From: Auanema rhodensis
Taxonomy: Eukaryota; Animalia; Nematoda
Direction of reading: 5' to 3'
NCBI GenBank assembly: GCA_964057225.1
Contig: OZ059900.1
Span: 6,882,001 to 6,946,000, forward strand
Length of the DNA: 64,000 bases
The notes under the pieces were generated by a model. It had not been told where the DNA came from, made no database searches, and saw only the letters and a list, made by a program, of their open reading frames with translations. This document shows, piece by piece, positions 1 through 12,781 of this stretch. Within the stretch, counting starts at the first letter, position 1. Each line of letters opens with the position of its first letter. Both the position numbers and the translations under genes were made by a program.

Positions 1-2870
1 TGACTTTGAAAATTTTTTATTTTACAACTTCTTTTCAACTTTGACTCTGATTATTACTTAATTTTTAGCTCTTAATGACAGCCGGCTATTCATCTGTTTA
101 AGCATTTGAATAACTTCTCAGTATACTTCTATACACATTAATCAGCATAATCAATGTATGAAACATGTATAAGTATTTTGTTTATATAATGCATGCAAAC
201 AAGAATTATCATATCAAAATAGATTATCATTATCGAGATAAGGTATTCTATTGTTCATAGCATTGCTGTTAGGAGATATAAATAAAGAAAAGGAAGATAT
301 AGTGATAGTAACAAGAGTAAATGAACACATAATGATAATATACTAGATAATCAAGGAGAAACAGAAAGATTGAAAAAGAAGAAAACGGTGCTAAGAGAGA
401 GTGGTGATAGAAAAAGGTACATGTAGAGAGAAAAAGATAGAGGAAAAAACCGAGAGATTCATTGAATGATAGAAAATAAAGAAAAAGTAGTAGAAAAAAC
501 TGTTAAGAGATGACGGGGGAGAGAGAGTGAGAATATGGTGAAATAATGAATGTGAAAGCTCAAAAAATAAAATTGTGCCAAAAGTTATATTCTGTAAAAG
601 AGATGAATGAAGGCTGAAAAGATGAGAGCAATCCAAAGAAGCATTGCTGATGAACAATTCATGAATGAAATTCATATAAGGAACAAAAGTTTTAATGAAA
701 TGTAATGCAAAACATGAGATCTAGAGAAATTGTGAGAGTAAGAAATGTGCAATTTTGTGAGAGATATAAAGAATCTTTCCATATAAGCCAAAGAAGATAA
801 TGCGATTTCGATGTTTGATCAACAAAAGGACAGAATTAGTACAGCGTAAACTTTGCTTTTTTTTAGTTTTGAAACTATTGACTGGTGGTGCATGCTCACT
901 GCGCAAATAAAAATAAAAAAACAAAAATAATTTTTTAAAATAAAAATTTAGAAAATATTTTTGTTGTTATCGCAGTTATGGCTATTGATTGCCAAATTGA
1001 ATAGACGCGGTACGCAAAGCATTCATATCCAACCAGAGCGTTCCTTGTTATTATGAGATGGTCAGCCTTATGGAAAAAACAAAAAGGCGCGAAAAAAATT
1101 TAAAGAAGGAAGTGTTGGGTTTGTAACTTCATAAAATTGAAATTTAATTATTTTATCTGTAATGAACACCATGAAAGGAATATTAAATGAGCAAAGGGGA
1201 GCTTGGAATAGGTAACTAAGGTAACTGGCTAGTTTGGTAAGGTAGTCTTCATGACACATGATGATAGGCGGGCATTTCTCCGACCGCGTTCGCGCCCGTT
1301 GACCTGAGATTATGCCAAACGCAGGAAATAGAGTGACATATTGACGCTCCTGCCTGTGCACGTTCATCATGCAGAAGGAGATTAGCTATCTCCACCACAG
1401 AATTATGGCTTGATGACCACCTTGCTAAAAATTTAAGAATGTCACTATAGGTGCTAGACAGGAAATCGTCTAACATCTCTCATAAATTTGTGTCAAGTCA
1501 AAGAATGCACATTCAAGAAGATATGATGCTCATCTTAACCGTGAGGCAATACTAATTATACGCATACACAATTGAATATTCTAAGAAAGGCTCTCTCTAC
1601 TAAGAAGTATAAGTGCATTTTCATTAGAAATTTCAATACTTGATAACTATCTAAATATTATAACAAAATTGAAAGACAAAATTGGTTAAATTCAAAAAAA
1701 ATACAGAGAAAATAAAGAAATGTATTGTTAGAAGAAATGATATGACATGAACCGTTAATTTTTTTCCGTTCCTGTAATAGATCATACGATGACTCCTGCC
1801 AGATTGACATGAAATTATCTGTGTAATTGAATAGATTTCAGCACAAATTCTGTATATGCAAATATTTATAAAAACTTGATAATCTAATAAATATTGAAAA
1901 AAAAACTAATTTTTTTCAGTAAAATTCACTACTTATGAAACAATATGTTCGAGATAAATGCAATTGATGAACTAGAATGATAAAATAATAAGGATGTAAG
2001 ATAACATTTGATTGATTCACATAACCATTCCCTCTTTCTCTTGTTTTTTATATTATTCAGATTGTATAGCTTTAGATGGTAGAAAATTGTTTTACTGAAG
2101 CTTATTCTACTTGTTTAGCTCACTAATGAGCTCACTATTTTGTTATTTCTATCCCCTCGTTGCATCACTTTCACGAGGTATTGAAGCTAAATTATAGTTT
2201 TGACATATGTTATAAATATGTTGTTGAATCATAAATGTATGTATACATAGAGTTTTTAATAAAAAATAGAAAAGATAAAGCTAATGGCGATCACAATCAA
2301 AAAATTGAAAGAATATCATTTAAATGTAATTAATTTAAACTTTTTGAAGCAAATTTATATATTATAATTATGATAAGCTTTGCAAACAGTTAGAGGCAGA
2401 TGTGTAACTTTGTTTTATGCCAGCGATACCAATAAACTATAATTTGGGTGGGCCATCTGGAACAACGCCTTAATTTTTTGTGTTAATTATACTCGTGTGC
2501 AACATATGCGCAAATAAGTTTAAATATCTCTCAAAAACATTTTATTTGAAACATTAAGACATGTTATCAAACAATAAGGCATTCACAAGACCAGTAAAAT
2601 GTAAAAGCTCACAAAAAATTGATATAATAACACAAGCAAAACAGAAAGAAAAATTTTACAATCGAAATAATTTGATTTATACATTTATATACTTAGGCAA
2701 CAAAGTTTAATTTTAAAACATTTTTTGAAATCATCTGCTATTGTTCTTTTTTACAATTGTTCGTTAAGACACATGCGTAAAACCGTTTAAAATCATATCA
2801 ACACCTGAAATTTTTTTTCAGCAAATATAATCAATGTTTACAAACCAGGTTGTTCATGATAATTACAAGA

Positions 2871-4180
2871 TCATTCCTCATCGTCAGTAGCTTGGTTAAT
2901 TTCACAGGGAGGTTGTTTTATATTCATAGGAAGCTCAGAATCATTATCAGAAATTTCAGTATCATCATTTGACAGTTCTGTATCATTATCAGAATGTTCC
3001 GTATCATCATGAATAAGATCAGAATCTTCAGGTACTCTCTCAGGAAGAACTAAATCCCTGATACCATCATTAATATGACGTTCTAAATTCCGATGACTCG
3101 AATTGATATCATTTTCCATTTGTGATTGTAGAATACTGTCAAATCGTACATCTTCTAGCATTCTTCTACGTCGTTCATTAGGATTCTAAAACAAAGTAGA
3201 CCCTATTTTTCTATCAATTAAGTAAGTGTTCTAACCAAAATGTTACTCGTAGGCGGTCTTCGACACTTCGATGGCAATTTAATCTTAGAATTAGTAATAT
3301 TATAGACATTCTTTAGATTTCTGCTTTGCTGAAATTGAATTTGCAATTGAATTCATTAATGCGAAAGTATACGCTTGAGTCTCTTCCATTGAGTGTCACT
3401 TCATGAGATCTTTTACGAGATATTAAATCATCATTCCCAACATTATTCAATATGTTCCGCATTATTCCATTACTTTTGGCTGCCGAAGGGGAGCTAAATC
3501 AAAGATTTCAAAACATAAATTGAAATCAAAAACCTAAATAACTGCCGGTAAGGCCCACCAACCCTTCTTCTGAAATATTCATTCTTATTATTAAAAGCTT
3601 TAATTGAAATCAAGCCTGATATTTGGTCTAACTATAATAGCGTTTCCGTTATTTTGTGTTCCATCCTGAAAACTTTCACAACATTCGTTTCTAATACTAT
3701 CCGACAATCTATTCTGCCTATGACATCTAGGCTAAAATGAAATAAAAAAATAAAAATTTCCATAGAAGAACATACACTAGGACTAAAATGCAATTTTCTA
3801 CAGACATTGGATAAGTTAGCATTTGATTTTATAATATTAGATGACTTCTTATATATACGATTAGCCTTATACTGAAAATTGGCACAACTGATATATCTAT
3901 CTTTATTAAACTTACTTCGAGAACTTTACTCATACACTCGGTTTCAACAGTTTTTTTGCTAGATACTTTAGTTTTATCAACAGGGAGAACGAAATTGTTC
4001 TCAGAATCAACCTATAAATTTCAGATGATACATTTCTTAGAGAAAATAACAAACCATTTCATCTTTATCTATTTTAGTTCTAGTAGTGGGAGAATTAGAA
4101 TTTGATTTTGGCGATTGCTAGAATATTTACTCCTAATATAGAACAACAATAAGATTTACCGTAATTTTGCGTGATGACAT
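2871..4180 (-). CDS. Multi-exon orphan low-complexity protein (MSSRKIT...ATDDEE*), function unknown
   Basis: ATG at 4180, then a series of ~45-nt GT-AG introns linking open exons to terminal exon ORF 2871-3161. The last exon has 7-aa D/E/S repeats (DTEHSDN-DTELSND-DTEISDN). No recognisable domain. Confidence 0.6.
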
Positions 4181-4381
4181 TTTTTAATTTGTTAATCTAG
4201 GAACCCGTAACCCAAAAACTGCAAGAACTGAGATAACAATGATGCAAGTAACAATAGAGAAATATGAAAAGTTTGTGAAAATGAAAAAAACAATATTTGA
4301 ATTCAAACAAGTACAAACACGCGCAAATATTAATAATTTTCAAAAAAAAAACATTTGAATTTTAAAAATTTGAATTAACGC

Positions 4382-4706
4382 TGGGTCTCGACACGATATG
4401 CCTGGAGTATATTGGCTAAGAAATATAACCGGGCTTAATTGAGGCGCGTACGATATTCAAAAAAATCATATTGTTATTGGAGCGCGCTTACATACAAGCA
4501 AAAGTGCACCTGTCAAGCATTTTCAAAAACAGGTAAAAAGATAATATTATACAAAGAATACAAGAAACACTTCAACAAAGCGATTCACAAGAAATATTGA
4601 TAAAATTGAAATTTTAAAAAAATTTTAATCTGAAAAAACAGAGATAAGCACTAATTACTAATAAACACGTATTTTTGGCGCGTTACATCAATCGTGTCAA
4701 GACCCA
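4382..4706. promoter_or_regulatory. Probable bidirectional promoter bounded by a 16-bp inverted repeat, with E2F-like and CHR-like motifs
   Basis: TGGGTCTCGACACGAT (4382-4397) and ATCGTGTCAAGACCCA (4691-4706) are 15/16 reverse-complementary. TTTGGCGC at 4674-4681, other GCGCG cores and TTTGAA motifs lie nearby. The region sits between divergent ATGs at 4180(-) and 4956(+). Confidence 0.4.
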
Positions 4707-4955
4707 AGACAAAAGTGTATTTTTAACATCATGATAATCCGTGATAAATCCTAAATTGCGATTGAGCTTCTATTTTTTCATTATAATTCCTTTATCCCCC
4801 TCTCACAATTATTGACATCGTATTGAGCATTCATATATGGAAAATTTTTGTTCAGAGTTTGCTATTCGTATTGATAATGTTTTCTTATAGTTTTAACGTT
4901 ATTTCTTGTTTGTTCTATTTTTTCACATTTAAACTTCTGTAGTCTGAAGTTCGTT

Positions 4956-5215
4956 ATGTCTGAGCAGTTACCTGCTATCAATGAAAACTCTCAAGAAGTC
5001 AATACTGAGCAACATGTAAGTTACTAATTATCTTACCAGCATACCAATAATACCACAATCATAATAAATTGAAACGAATAACTACGACTGCATAGCTTTT
5101 TACATTGATGCCGCGGGCACAAATAATTACAATATGGTTAATTGTTTTGCCGCAGTGTGCTCATCTAGAAGTGAAAAGTGAGGTTTAAATATTGATGTAT
5201 AGTCAATGAACAAGA

Positions 5216-5260
<45 letters not shown>

Positions 5261-5616
5261 ACGTTAACTTTATCAAAAGCAATCAAATTTCGAATATGAA
5301 ATAGCATAAAAATTAAAAAAAATATGTTTAGAACTCATTAAATTTATTCTATATTTTTCAAGGCGGAGCCAACGAAGTATGACAATCTTTTAAATCTTAT
5401 TGAGAAAATGAAGGAGGATATCAAGCCCACCTATGCGGGTAGCAAAGCATGTGCTGATCGCTTGAAAAAGAATATTGCCCTTGCACGCATCATGATCAGG
5501 TAAATATTCATAACTGAAGCAGGCTGTAATTATATATGTACAGAGAAAATCTGACGGAAGTAAACCGTGACAAGCAAAAGTGGAACATCGAGAATCTTCA
5601 ACGTAGCAAGGAATAA
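4956..5616 (+). CDS. CDK2AP1: CDK2-associated protein (CDK2AP1/DOC-1 family), copy a
   Basis: Exons 4956-5015, 5363-5499 and 5544-5616 give MSEQLPAINENSQEVNTEQH-AEPTKYDNLLNLIEKMKEDIKPTYAGSKACADRLKKNIALARIMIRENLTEVNRDKQKW... This matches the family signature KY..LL..IEE..K.I.PTYAGSK...RLKR.I..AR..VRE.L.E. Confidence 0.9.
5219..5255. repeat. (AT)n microsatellite in intron 1 of CDK2AP1 copy a
   Basis: Uninterrupted AT dinucleotide run. Confidence 0.95.
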
Positions 5617-6614
5617 ACAGCCAGTAGAATTTAAAAAAAATGTTTCTTTCTTTTCAAAATGTTCTCTATTCATGAATTCCATAATCTTTAGTTTAAGTTT
5701 CGACTCACAATACCTTCTCACTTCATCTCTTACTCACTGGTGCAGTTTCAAAAATCTACTTTTGACATTCTTCTTTAAAATGCGGTGTTTTTCATGTCTT
5801 TAATTTTATCATCTACAATCTCAGGATCATATCAAGAATATGAATACATATACTATTGTAAAGTTTGACATTGTTTTATGCTTCTTTAATTAGTTTTGAC
5901 ATTATCTCGTTAAATTGCTCTGCGCACAATTCAACTCTATTAAAGGTTTCTTCACCAATAAAGCATAAATTGTTACTTGTTTTCATCAACTAAATTTCAA
6001 GTTTCTTGTAATAAATTTAGTAGAGCAATAATTTTTTTTCCACGAGAACTTTTATACTATATAGGCAATAAACGTAACGAATTATTCTAACATCATGACT
6101 AAACGTTTAGTGCAGTGCAACAGAAGGTCGAGCAAGTATCTCTATTTTTAGGGTCCTTGTTGTTATTGACGATCTGATTCAAAAAAAAATGAAGTCAGCT
6201 ATATATATTCTATGAAATTGAATTTTGAGGCATATGTTTTCTATTTGACACTCATCCCATGAATATCTATGTTTTTTAAATATAATCTCTTTAATAGTTC
6301 ACCTATTTCAATGCTGAAAAGTCATGATTTATACAAAATTATCATGTTTATCATTAACTAACTGATCAATCAATGTTTTTCTCAGAAATGTTCAAAACTA
6401 ACTTGGTTTACAGATAAAAGTGTAATTTTTTCCAAGTGTTTTTTTTTCAGTAGTTGGATTGCAACTGTGTGCACTTTAAAATCAATATCGATTTCTATTC
6501 AGCCCGCCAAATACATTCTTACATACGGCGTTGCAACACATGATAGTTACAAATACAAACTCGCCAAAAATCAATTCTCTTGGAAGTTTTTGCTTTATGA
6601 TTGTTTTTATATTT

Positions 6615-7520
6615 TTAAATTCTTGTATTTTTTCTTTGTCTCATAATTCGGTAATATCTGTGAGATCCTGACATATGTGGCTTGAATTTGCCGTTTCTTT
6701 TATTAGCTATGGCTAGAGAACGCAGACTGCTTCTCAAGCCTATAGTGGTATTCCATAATGCTGCGCGATCAATAACAAGCCATTCAGTGGAATACTCTCG
6801 CTCCCTAGAATGTCCCACATTTCTTGCAAATTATTTGTATTATTCTAGTATATATTTCAAATTAGAGTTACGTATTACTAAATTGAAGTTAAGCTTATAC
6901 ATTAAGGCTTCCGCTTTTACTGGTGTTCTTCACTGTCGGTTTCTCTTTCTTGAAAATTACGTCACAATTTTTCATAATTTGCGTTAAAGATACCTTTGTG
7001 AGATGGTCGGTTTGAACATCTGCTTTTCCGAACCAGATAATGATTTTTCCGTCATTGAGTTGGATTAAGTTTGATTTGGAACAGTTCTCTAAGATGCAAT
7101 AGACTCATTTATCGTTGCCATCTAATCCTGTGCAATGGACACCTGCATCAAACTGATATCCCGCCGCATTGATCCATTCGATATCTTCCAGGATTTGCAT
7201 ATCTCTTTGATGAAAAAAACGGTATTGGAGGTACTAATCTTGGTTGACGTATTGCATTGAGCTCGTCAGTATCAAAAAACTAGGTCAAACCTTATTTTGA
7301 TCGTTTGGTCAATAATCCCACCCTTGATAATACCTTCTGTTTGCCTATAATGCCATTGCTAATTGCAGTTGAGCATCGATCGAGTGGGTTTGGCGTCATA
7401 CTCCGCACCTGCTCAGATTAATTAGTTACCACTGCTTCTTAGAAGAGATTAAACATCACCTTCGTTAGAATCGAGATTCTCTGAATTGATATATATTCGA
7501 GTTTCGGCTTCTTTAATCAT
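6615..7520 (-). pseudogene. Degenerate MATH-BTB family pseudogene
   Basis: Across stops and frameshifts the minus strand reads GIIKGGIIDQTIKIRFDLVF/DTDELNAIRQPRLVPP, resembling neighbours' IMIVVRFDF and IRIRISI..TDDPDVTAIFIPKLPP. It later reads LNGLLLIAQHYGIPL*, a BTB-like A..Y.I helix. Residual GT-AG introns are present. Confidence 0.5.
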
Positions 7521-7605
7521 AATTGGTTTTCTTATATATTTTCTTTACGTATGTATGTATATGTCAAAGATTTACAACAATTTTCAGAAGTTCTAAAATT
7601 TAGAA

Positions 7606-9231
7606 ATGGGAAATTATAGTAGGAGAAGAATTCAAAAGGCTCGAGTCAAAAGATATATGAAAGAAGATCGAAAATATTACGAATCATATGATTTCTTGAA
7701 AAATAAAAAGAAAAATAGCGACTTTGCACATACGTAAGATGAAGTAATTAATTAAATAAAAATTAAACTTTTTAAGACATTTTTGGCGAATTGTTGGAAT
7801 CAGTCAAGTGATGTTTAGCCGTTTCACTGCTACCTGTCGTTTAGATAAAAGAACTGTATATATTCTACAGGAACGATATATTATTGATAATTTATAATTT
7901 AGATTGAATTATCTAAGGATTTAACCCAACCTTCGGTTGAAACTACTGCATTGAAGTCCGACGATTCTCTTTTGATGAGAACTATTGTTACAATGAACCC
8001 AGAAACTCATCCATATGATAAGGACAACAACACATTATTTATTAAAGTATATTTTATTTATTATTTCTAGAATCATTACTAACTTGTATTTTACAGGTCC
8101 TTCCTGATTTCCGAAACATTTTGACTGATTGGTACTTCACAATTTGCGACTGCGACGGAAAAGTCATAGATAGTGTTATGGTTGAGAAAGTAAAATTGAT
8201 TTGACTCTTAGTAGACTATTAACTATAACATTTCAGACAAGGTACCATCGTATTATTGGTGTTGATCGCAATCTATTGGCACAAATAATAAAAAGTACAA
8301 AAGATGAAATAATGATAGTTGTTCGATTTGATTTTGGTCTTCAAATTGAAGAATCAAAGAAATTATGCAGTCATGGACAAAAACAAAGCATATACTGCTA
8401 TAAATGCAAAAAGATGGTAAGTTGGAATAATTTCTTTAATTCTAATCATTACATTGTTTTGTTTAGGAAAGTGAAAAGTTATTCAAATCAGAAATAAGCA
8501 AACTGTTTTTGTTAGGAGTCAATGATGATTTTCACGTTATTGTTGGAGATCAATGTATTAAAGTACACAAGGTTAGATCTCAATGCGTAAACTGAATTAC
8601 AAAGCAAATCATTCAATTTCAGTTTATTTTGAAAAATAAATCTCCATACTTTGCTGCTTTACTTGAGCAGGAATGCATAGAAACAAGAGACAATAGACTT
8701 ATCATGAAAGACATTGATTTCGAAGTAAGTACCCCTGTTTTATTTATATTAATCCAAACTTTTGTTTCAAATAAGTAATTTTCAGTGCCTGCGCAACATT
8801 ATTGGTTATTTTTATACTTCTGAATTAGATCTGCAGTTTGTTTTGAATTCATGTGTTGAATTTCTCGTAGTAGCTCATCGCCTCATGCTGTCTGAATTAG
8901 TTTCAATGGCTGAGCAGGTAAGTCTTATATAACTGCGTTATGTTTTATTGAGATGTTATTCAGATGTGTCGTGCAAAAGTTTCTAAGAAAACTGTGCTGA
9001 CGTATTTCAAGCTAGCTAATATCTATGATCTTCCCGAGCTTCTCGGGGACTGCATATTCTGCATTCAAGCAAACCATGAAGCTATAAAAAATGTACTTTT
9101 ACTGTTAGTTTATATTTTTAGATAATATTCTTTTATTTCAGAAAAAAACATACATCCATCTCCAAGAATGCTATCCCTCTTGGATGGAACCCGTTTATAA
9201 AAATGGAGCAGGAGCATTCCTTGTTCGATAA
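7606..9231 (+). CDS. MATH-BTB (SPOP-like) cullin-3 adaptor, paralogue 1
   Basis: Spliced product has a MATH-like first strand HFWRIVGIS, a BTB (DDFHVIVGDQCIKVHKFILKNKSPYFAALLEQECIETRDNRLIMKDIDFECLRNIIGYFYTSEL...VAHRLMLSELVSMAEQ) and a BACK-like segment (TVLTYFKLANIYDLPELLGDCIFCIQANH). Confidence 0.85.
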
Positions 9232-10255
9232 GAAATTCCCAGTTCTCAAGAAGAACTAGTGCGTCTCATTTAGACTCGAAAACCTAAAACCCTTGAAATA
9301 TAATGACTTTGCGATGACTCTCGCGTCCAATTAATTTGAGAATTCTCCAATTATCCAAAGCTAAATTCTTCATCCATGACTTTATTTCTCAACTTCTCAT
9401 TATGATACTAATTTGAGTAGCTTCCTGTTTGCCTGCTCTAATAAGACAAATATCCCATTCATTTTATCTTTAAGACGCTGTAGCCGCTATCAAAATCGTT
9501 TTATTCGTTCTGCATGAAACAGAAAAAAGGTTTCTTACTTCATACTCATTTTATATTGTCACCATCTATCTTATACACCTTTGGTCATAATAATGTAATA
9601 TCCATTTTACCTAATAATATTCACTAATTTTTTTGAATACCATCTGCTACCTATTTCTTGTGTATCCTGCACTAGAAATTCACTCTATGTGTTACGCAAT
9701 ACAATTGTACGGCAGGGTAGATATAGGTCTCAGCAGGATCTCACCACATCTGGGCATTTCGAATTGCCTTCGTTCATCGATACATATATCATGTGTGCAG
9801 CTAAGCCTCATTCATTGAGCATCATCGATTTTGCATGGCTGCAGTTCACGCCCCTTTTTGTCAATCAAGGTATTTATAGAACAGATTTCCATCTTGCTCT
9901 CACTTGCACTCCTAATCTCCGAGCAGCAATGTCGCTCTTTCAAACCTTTGTTGTGTTTTTTTCGTGTTGTCTGCGTAAGACAAAATAAATTTTTGCTTAG
10001 ATAATAGAAGAGTTCTATATTTCTATAACAAATGTAAAATCAAACATTGTTTTGATTTGAGGTGATCGATACCAGTGAGTGTGATGCTTGAGTGTAACAA
10101 ACCATACAGTTTTAAAATGTTTTCAGCGTTTTTGTCATTCTTTTGGTGAACGAAGAAAGTTTCATGCTCTCCCCTGTCTTAATCTTTATTTTTTCGAAGC
10201 TGTTCAGATGCATAATATAATGTTTATCTATTTTTATTTTAGAATAACTTAGGTA

Positions 10256-12781
10256 ATGATGAATTCTTCTTTGAACTTACCCCAAGATTTATTTCCGGAA
10301 ATTCCGAAAAATGCGTTCGTTATTTCTTTCAAATAATCATATTATTTCTTCAATTATAGAATTTTGCACGATCAATTCTTCATTTCGAAAACCATTATGG
10401 ATCCCCAGGTAAAAGAGAAACAAAGAACTTCAATTCTAGCCTTCATTTTTTCACATAAAGTATACTAACTAGTTGTATTTTAGTATCACAAGAATATGAA
10501 AGAAAACAGTGTGCTCGCGCATAATGAATTTAATATGGCAGTTCTCGCTAAATATCTGCCTCACAAGAAACCACAAGTTCATATTTTGGTAAGGTATTAT
10601 CCAAATCATCCAATCAAATGTTGTTTTTAAAGGTTACTCCCTTGTTCTACATTCCTTACATGAAATTGACAGTGAAGATTTTCGACGATATGGATGTAGA
10701 AATTCCTGCCGTGATATCAAAACCGGATCCCAAAAAACGAGAAAATGTAATTTCAGTTTATATTTTAGTTAAATCCTTTTTCTATTACAGAAATGCTGCT
10801 TTAGTATAAGACTCGAATATGCTCAGCTAAAACTCTCTCCGAGACTTAATAAAGAATGTTTTCATTTAAGACTCCTGGTTAGAATTGAGATAGATGAACC
10901 TGAAGCAGATTTTATGCTGAGCAGAAGAATGGATATTGTTCTACGGGATTTTGATTTTACTGGAAAAATGGTATATATTTTGAAAATTCTCCAATGAAAC
11001 TAATTCATCATACAGAATAAAATTCCCAAAGCAATTTGGTACAATGGTCCAACTCTATTCGATACTGGCGGCCACGATACTATAATAACAACATCAGATG
11101 AAACCACGGGGGCACATTCGGTTTGTATTTTATGCAAAGATTCAAATACTTTACTGTTATACATTCAAGAACTATCTAAAAGGAAGATCTCATCGATTGG
11201 ATATTTTAATTGGTAACTGGCACTTGAAACTACAAGGGGTCATTGCTATACGGGATATATCAGCTAACGTATGCTTGGATGATGAAATATTAAAAATTAT
11301 TAGTTTTGTTTATAGGCTTTCGATGTTGTTCTCCAATTTTTATATGATAAGCTGCTAGATATGGAACAGTTTCACGAGCACTGTCTTGAAGTTCTTCTTA
11401 CAGCATTACGCTTGGAAATTCCATATCTTGCCCTTATGGCAGAACAAGTATGTAATATATAATTAGAATAATAATAAAATTAATACTTTAGCTTTGTCGA
11501 ACTCGTTTAACTATGAGCACATGCATGTATATGCTCAGTATTGCTCATTATTTTGGTTTGAAATGCCTTTTGCATGATTGCAAAGTTTTTGTAAGAGCTC
11601 ATGCCCACCTTTTAATTCATGTAAGACTTAGAAATTGTTTTGAATCATTAATTTTATCGTTTTCTTCATTTTAGAAGAACAGCTACAAGTGTATTGTACA
11701 CGAAAATCCAGATGCTATCAGATATGCGTTCGATGTCTATTCAAAAACTGATGAGGAAATGCAGACCTACACACCTGATTTTGTGGATCTTTCAACAAAA
11801 ACAAAAACTGATTTTGACGTTGATGATTATGATCAGTCCTACCAAGAGGCTATTAAAAAAATGGAGGATTCGTTTGTCCCATTCAAAGTTTTGACTTCAG
11901 TTTTCGATGCTTCATCAACTAATCCAAAACTTGTAACATTGGATCCAGGAAATGATTCTCTTCGGGAAAAATTGAAAAACTACTCTGCTCCATCGTTGAG
12001 ATTTTTCATCAGGCACATTGATGGAGCTTATGTCTATGCACCCTCTATACATGATTTCCAAAACAATGCAGCAACAGATAAATTAGTAATTGAAGCGAAT
12101 CCTGGAAGAACGTACATGGAACCACCTCCTTATCCATCTCCAGTCGATTATTTATCTCACGAAAAGTGCAAAAAAACATTTATTCAAAGTAGATCAGGAC
12201 ATGGGCCGCTAAAAATACATATAGCTATGAATACAGGAAAATTTTTTTCGTCTAAATCTGTAGAGAGGCTTAACAAATTACCTACTAAGCCAGCGGTGGC
12301 TCCCCGTTCTCATGTGAAAAACATGAAATTTTCTCAAGAAGCAGTGTTTTTTGAAATATGTAGAATATTTGATGAGCTAGGACCATATGACGAAATGAAA
12401 GATATAATCAAATCGGCTTTTGAACCTAATGTCAAGAAACATGAATCATCTGACGTAGTGGATATTTTCAAAGCCACTTGGAATATTCAAAGAGTGCTCA
12501 ATTGGATGCAACTAGCAAATCAGAAAATGAAAACGGAAAAAACTGCTGTTTGGGTCATGCAAGACCAATCTATCCAAGAAGGTCAGGAGAAAATGAATGC
12601 ATCCTGTTATCAACCTTATGAAAGAAGCAATCCTCTAGCTGTGATGGAATGTTTGAATAAATATTTCACCAGACTAGCCGATCCGTCAGACGTACTTATA
12701 TCTGAAACAGAAGAGGAAACACAGCTTAATCACGAAAGAATGTTGGCTGTGTTATCACGTGCGTTGGATTTAGAATACTGA
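10256..12781 (+). CDS. MATH-BTB paralogue 2 with internally deleted BTB and ~360-aa C-terminal extension
   Basis: Exons splice in frame to ...LDILIGNWHLKLQGVIAIRDISAN|AFDVVLQFLYDKLL...TALRLEIPYLALMAEQ|LCRTRLTMSTCMYMLSIAHYFGLKCLLHDC. The introns after DISAN and MAEQ match paralogue 1. The terminal exon includes ORF 11759-12781. Confidence 0.8.

Noticed and set aside
280-930. Minus-strand F/L/S-rich ORFs (also near 30.8, 36.0 and 42.0 kb)
   Set aside because: By-products of GA/CT-skewed non-coding sequence.
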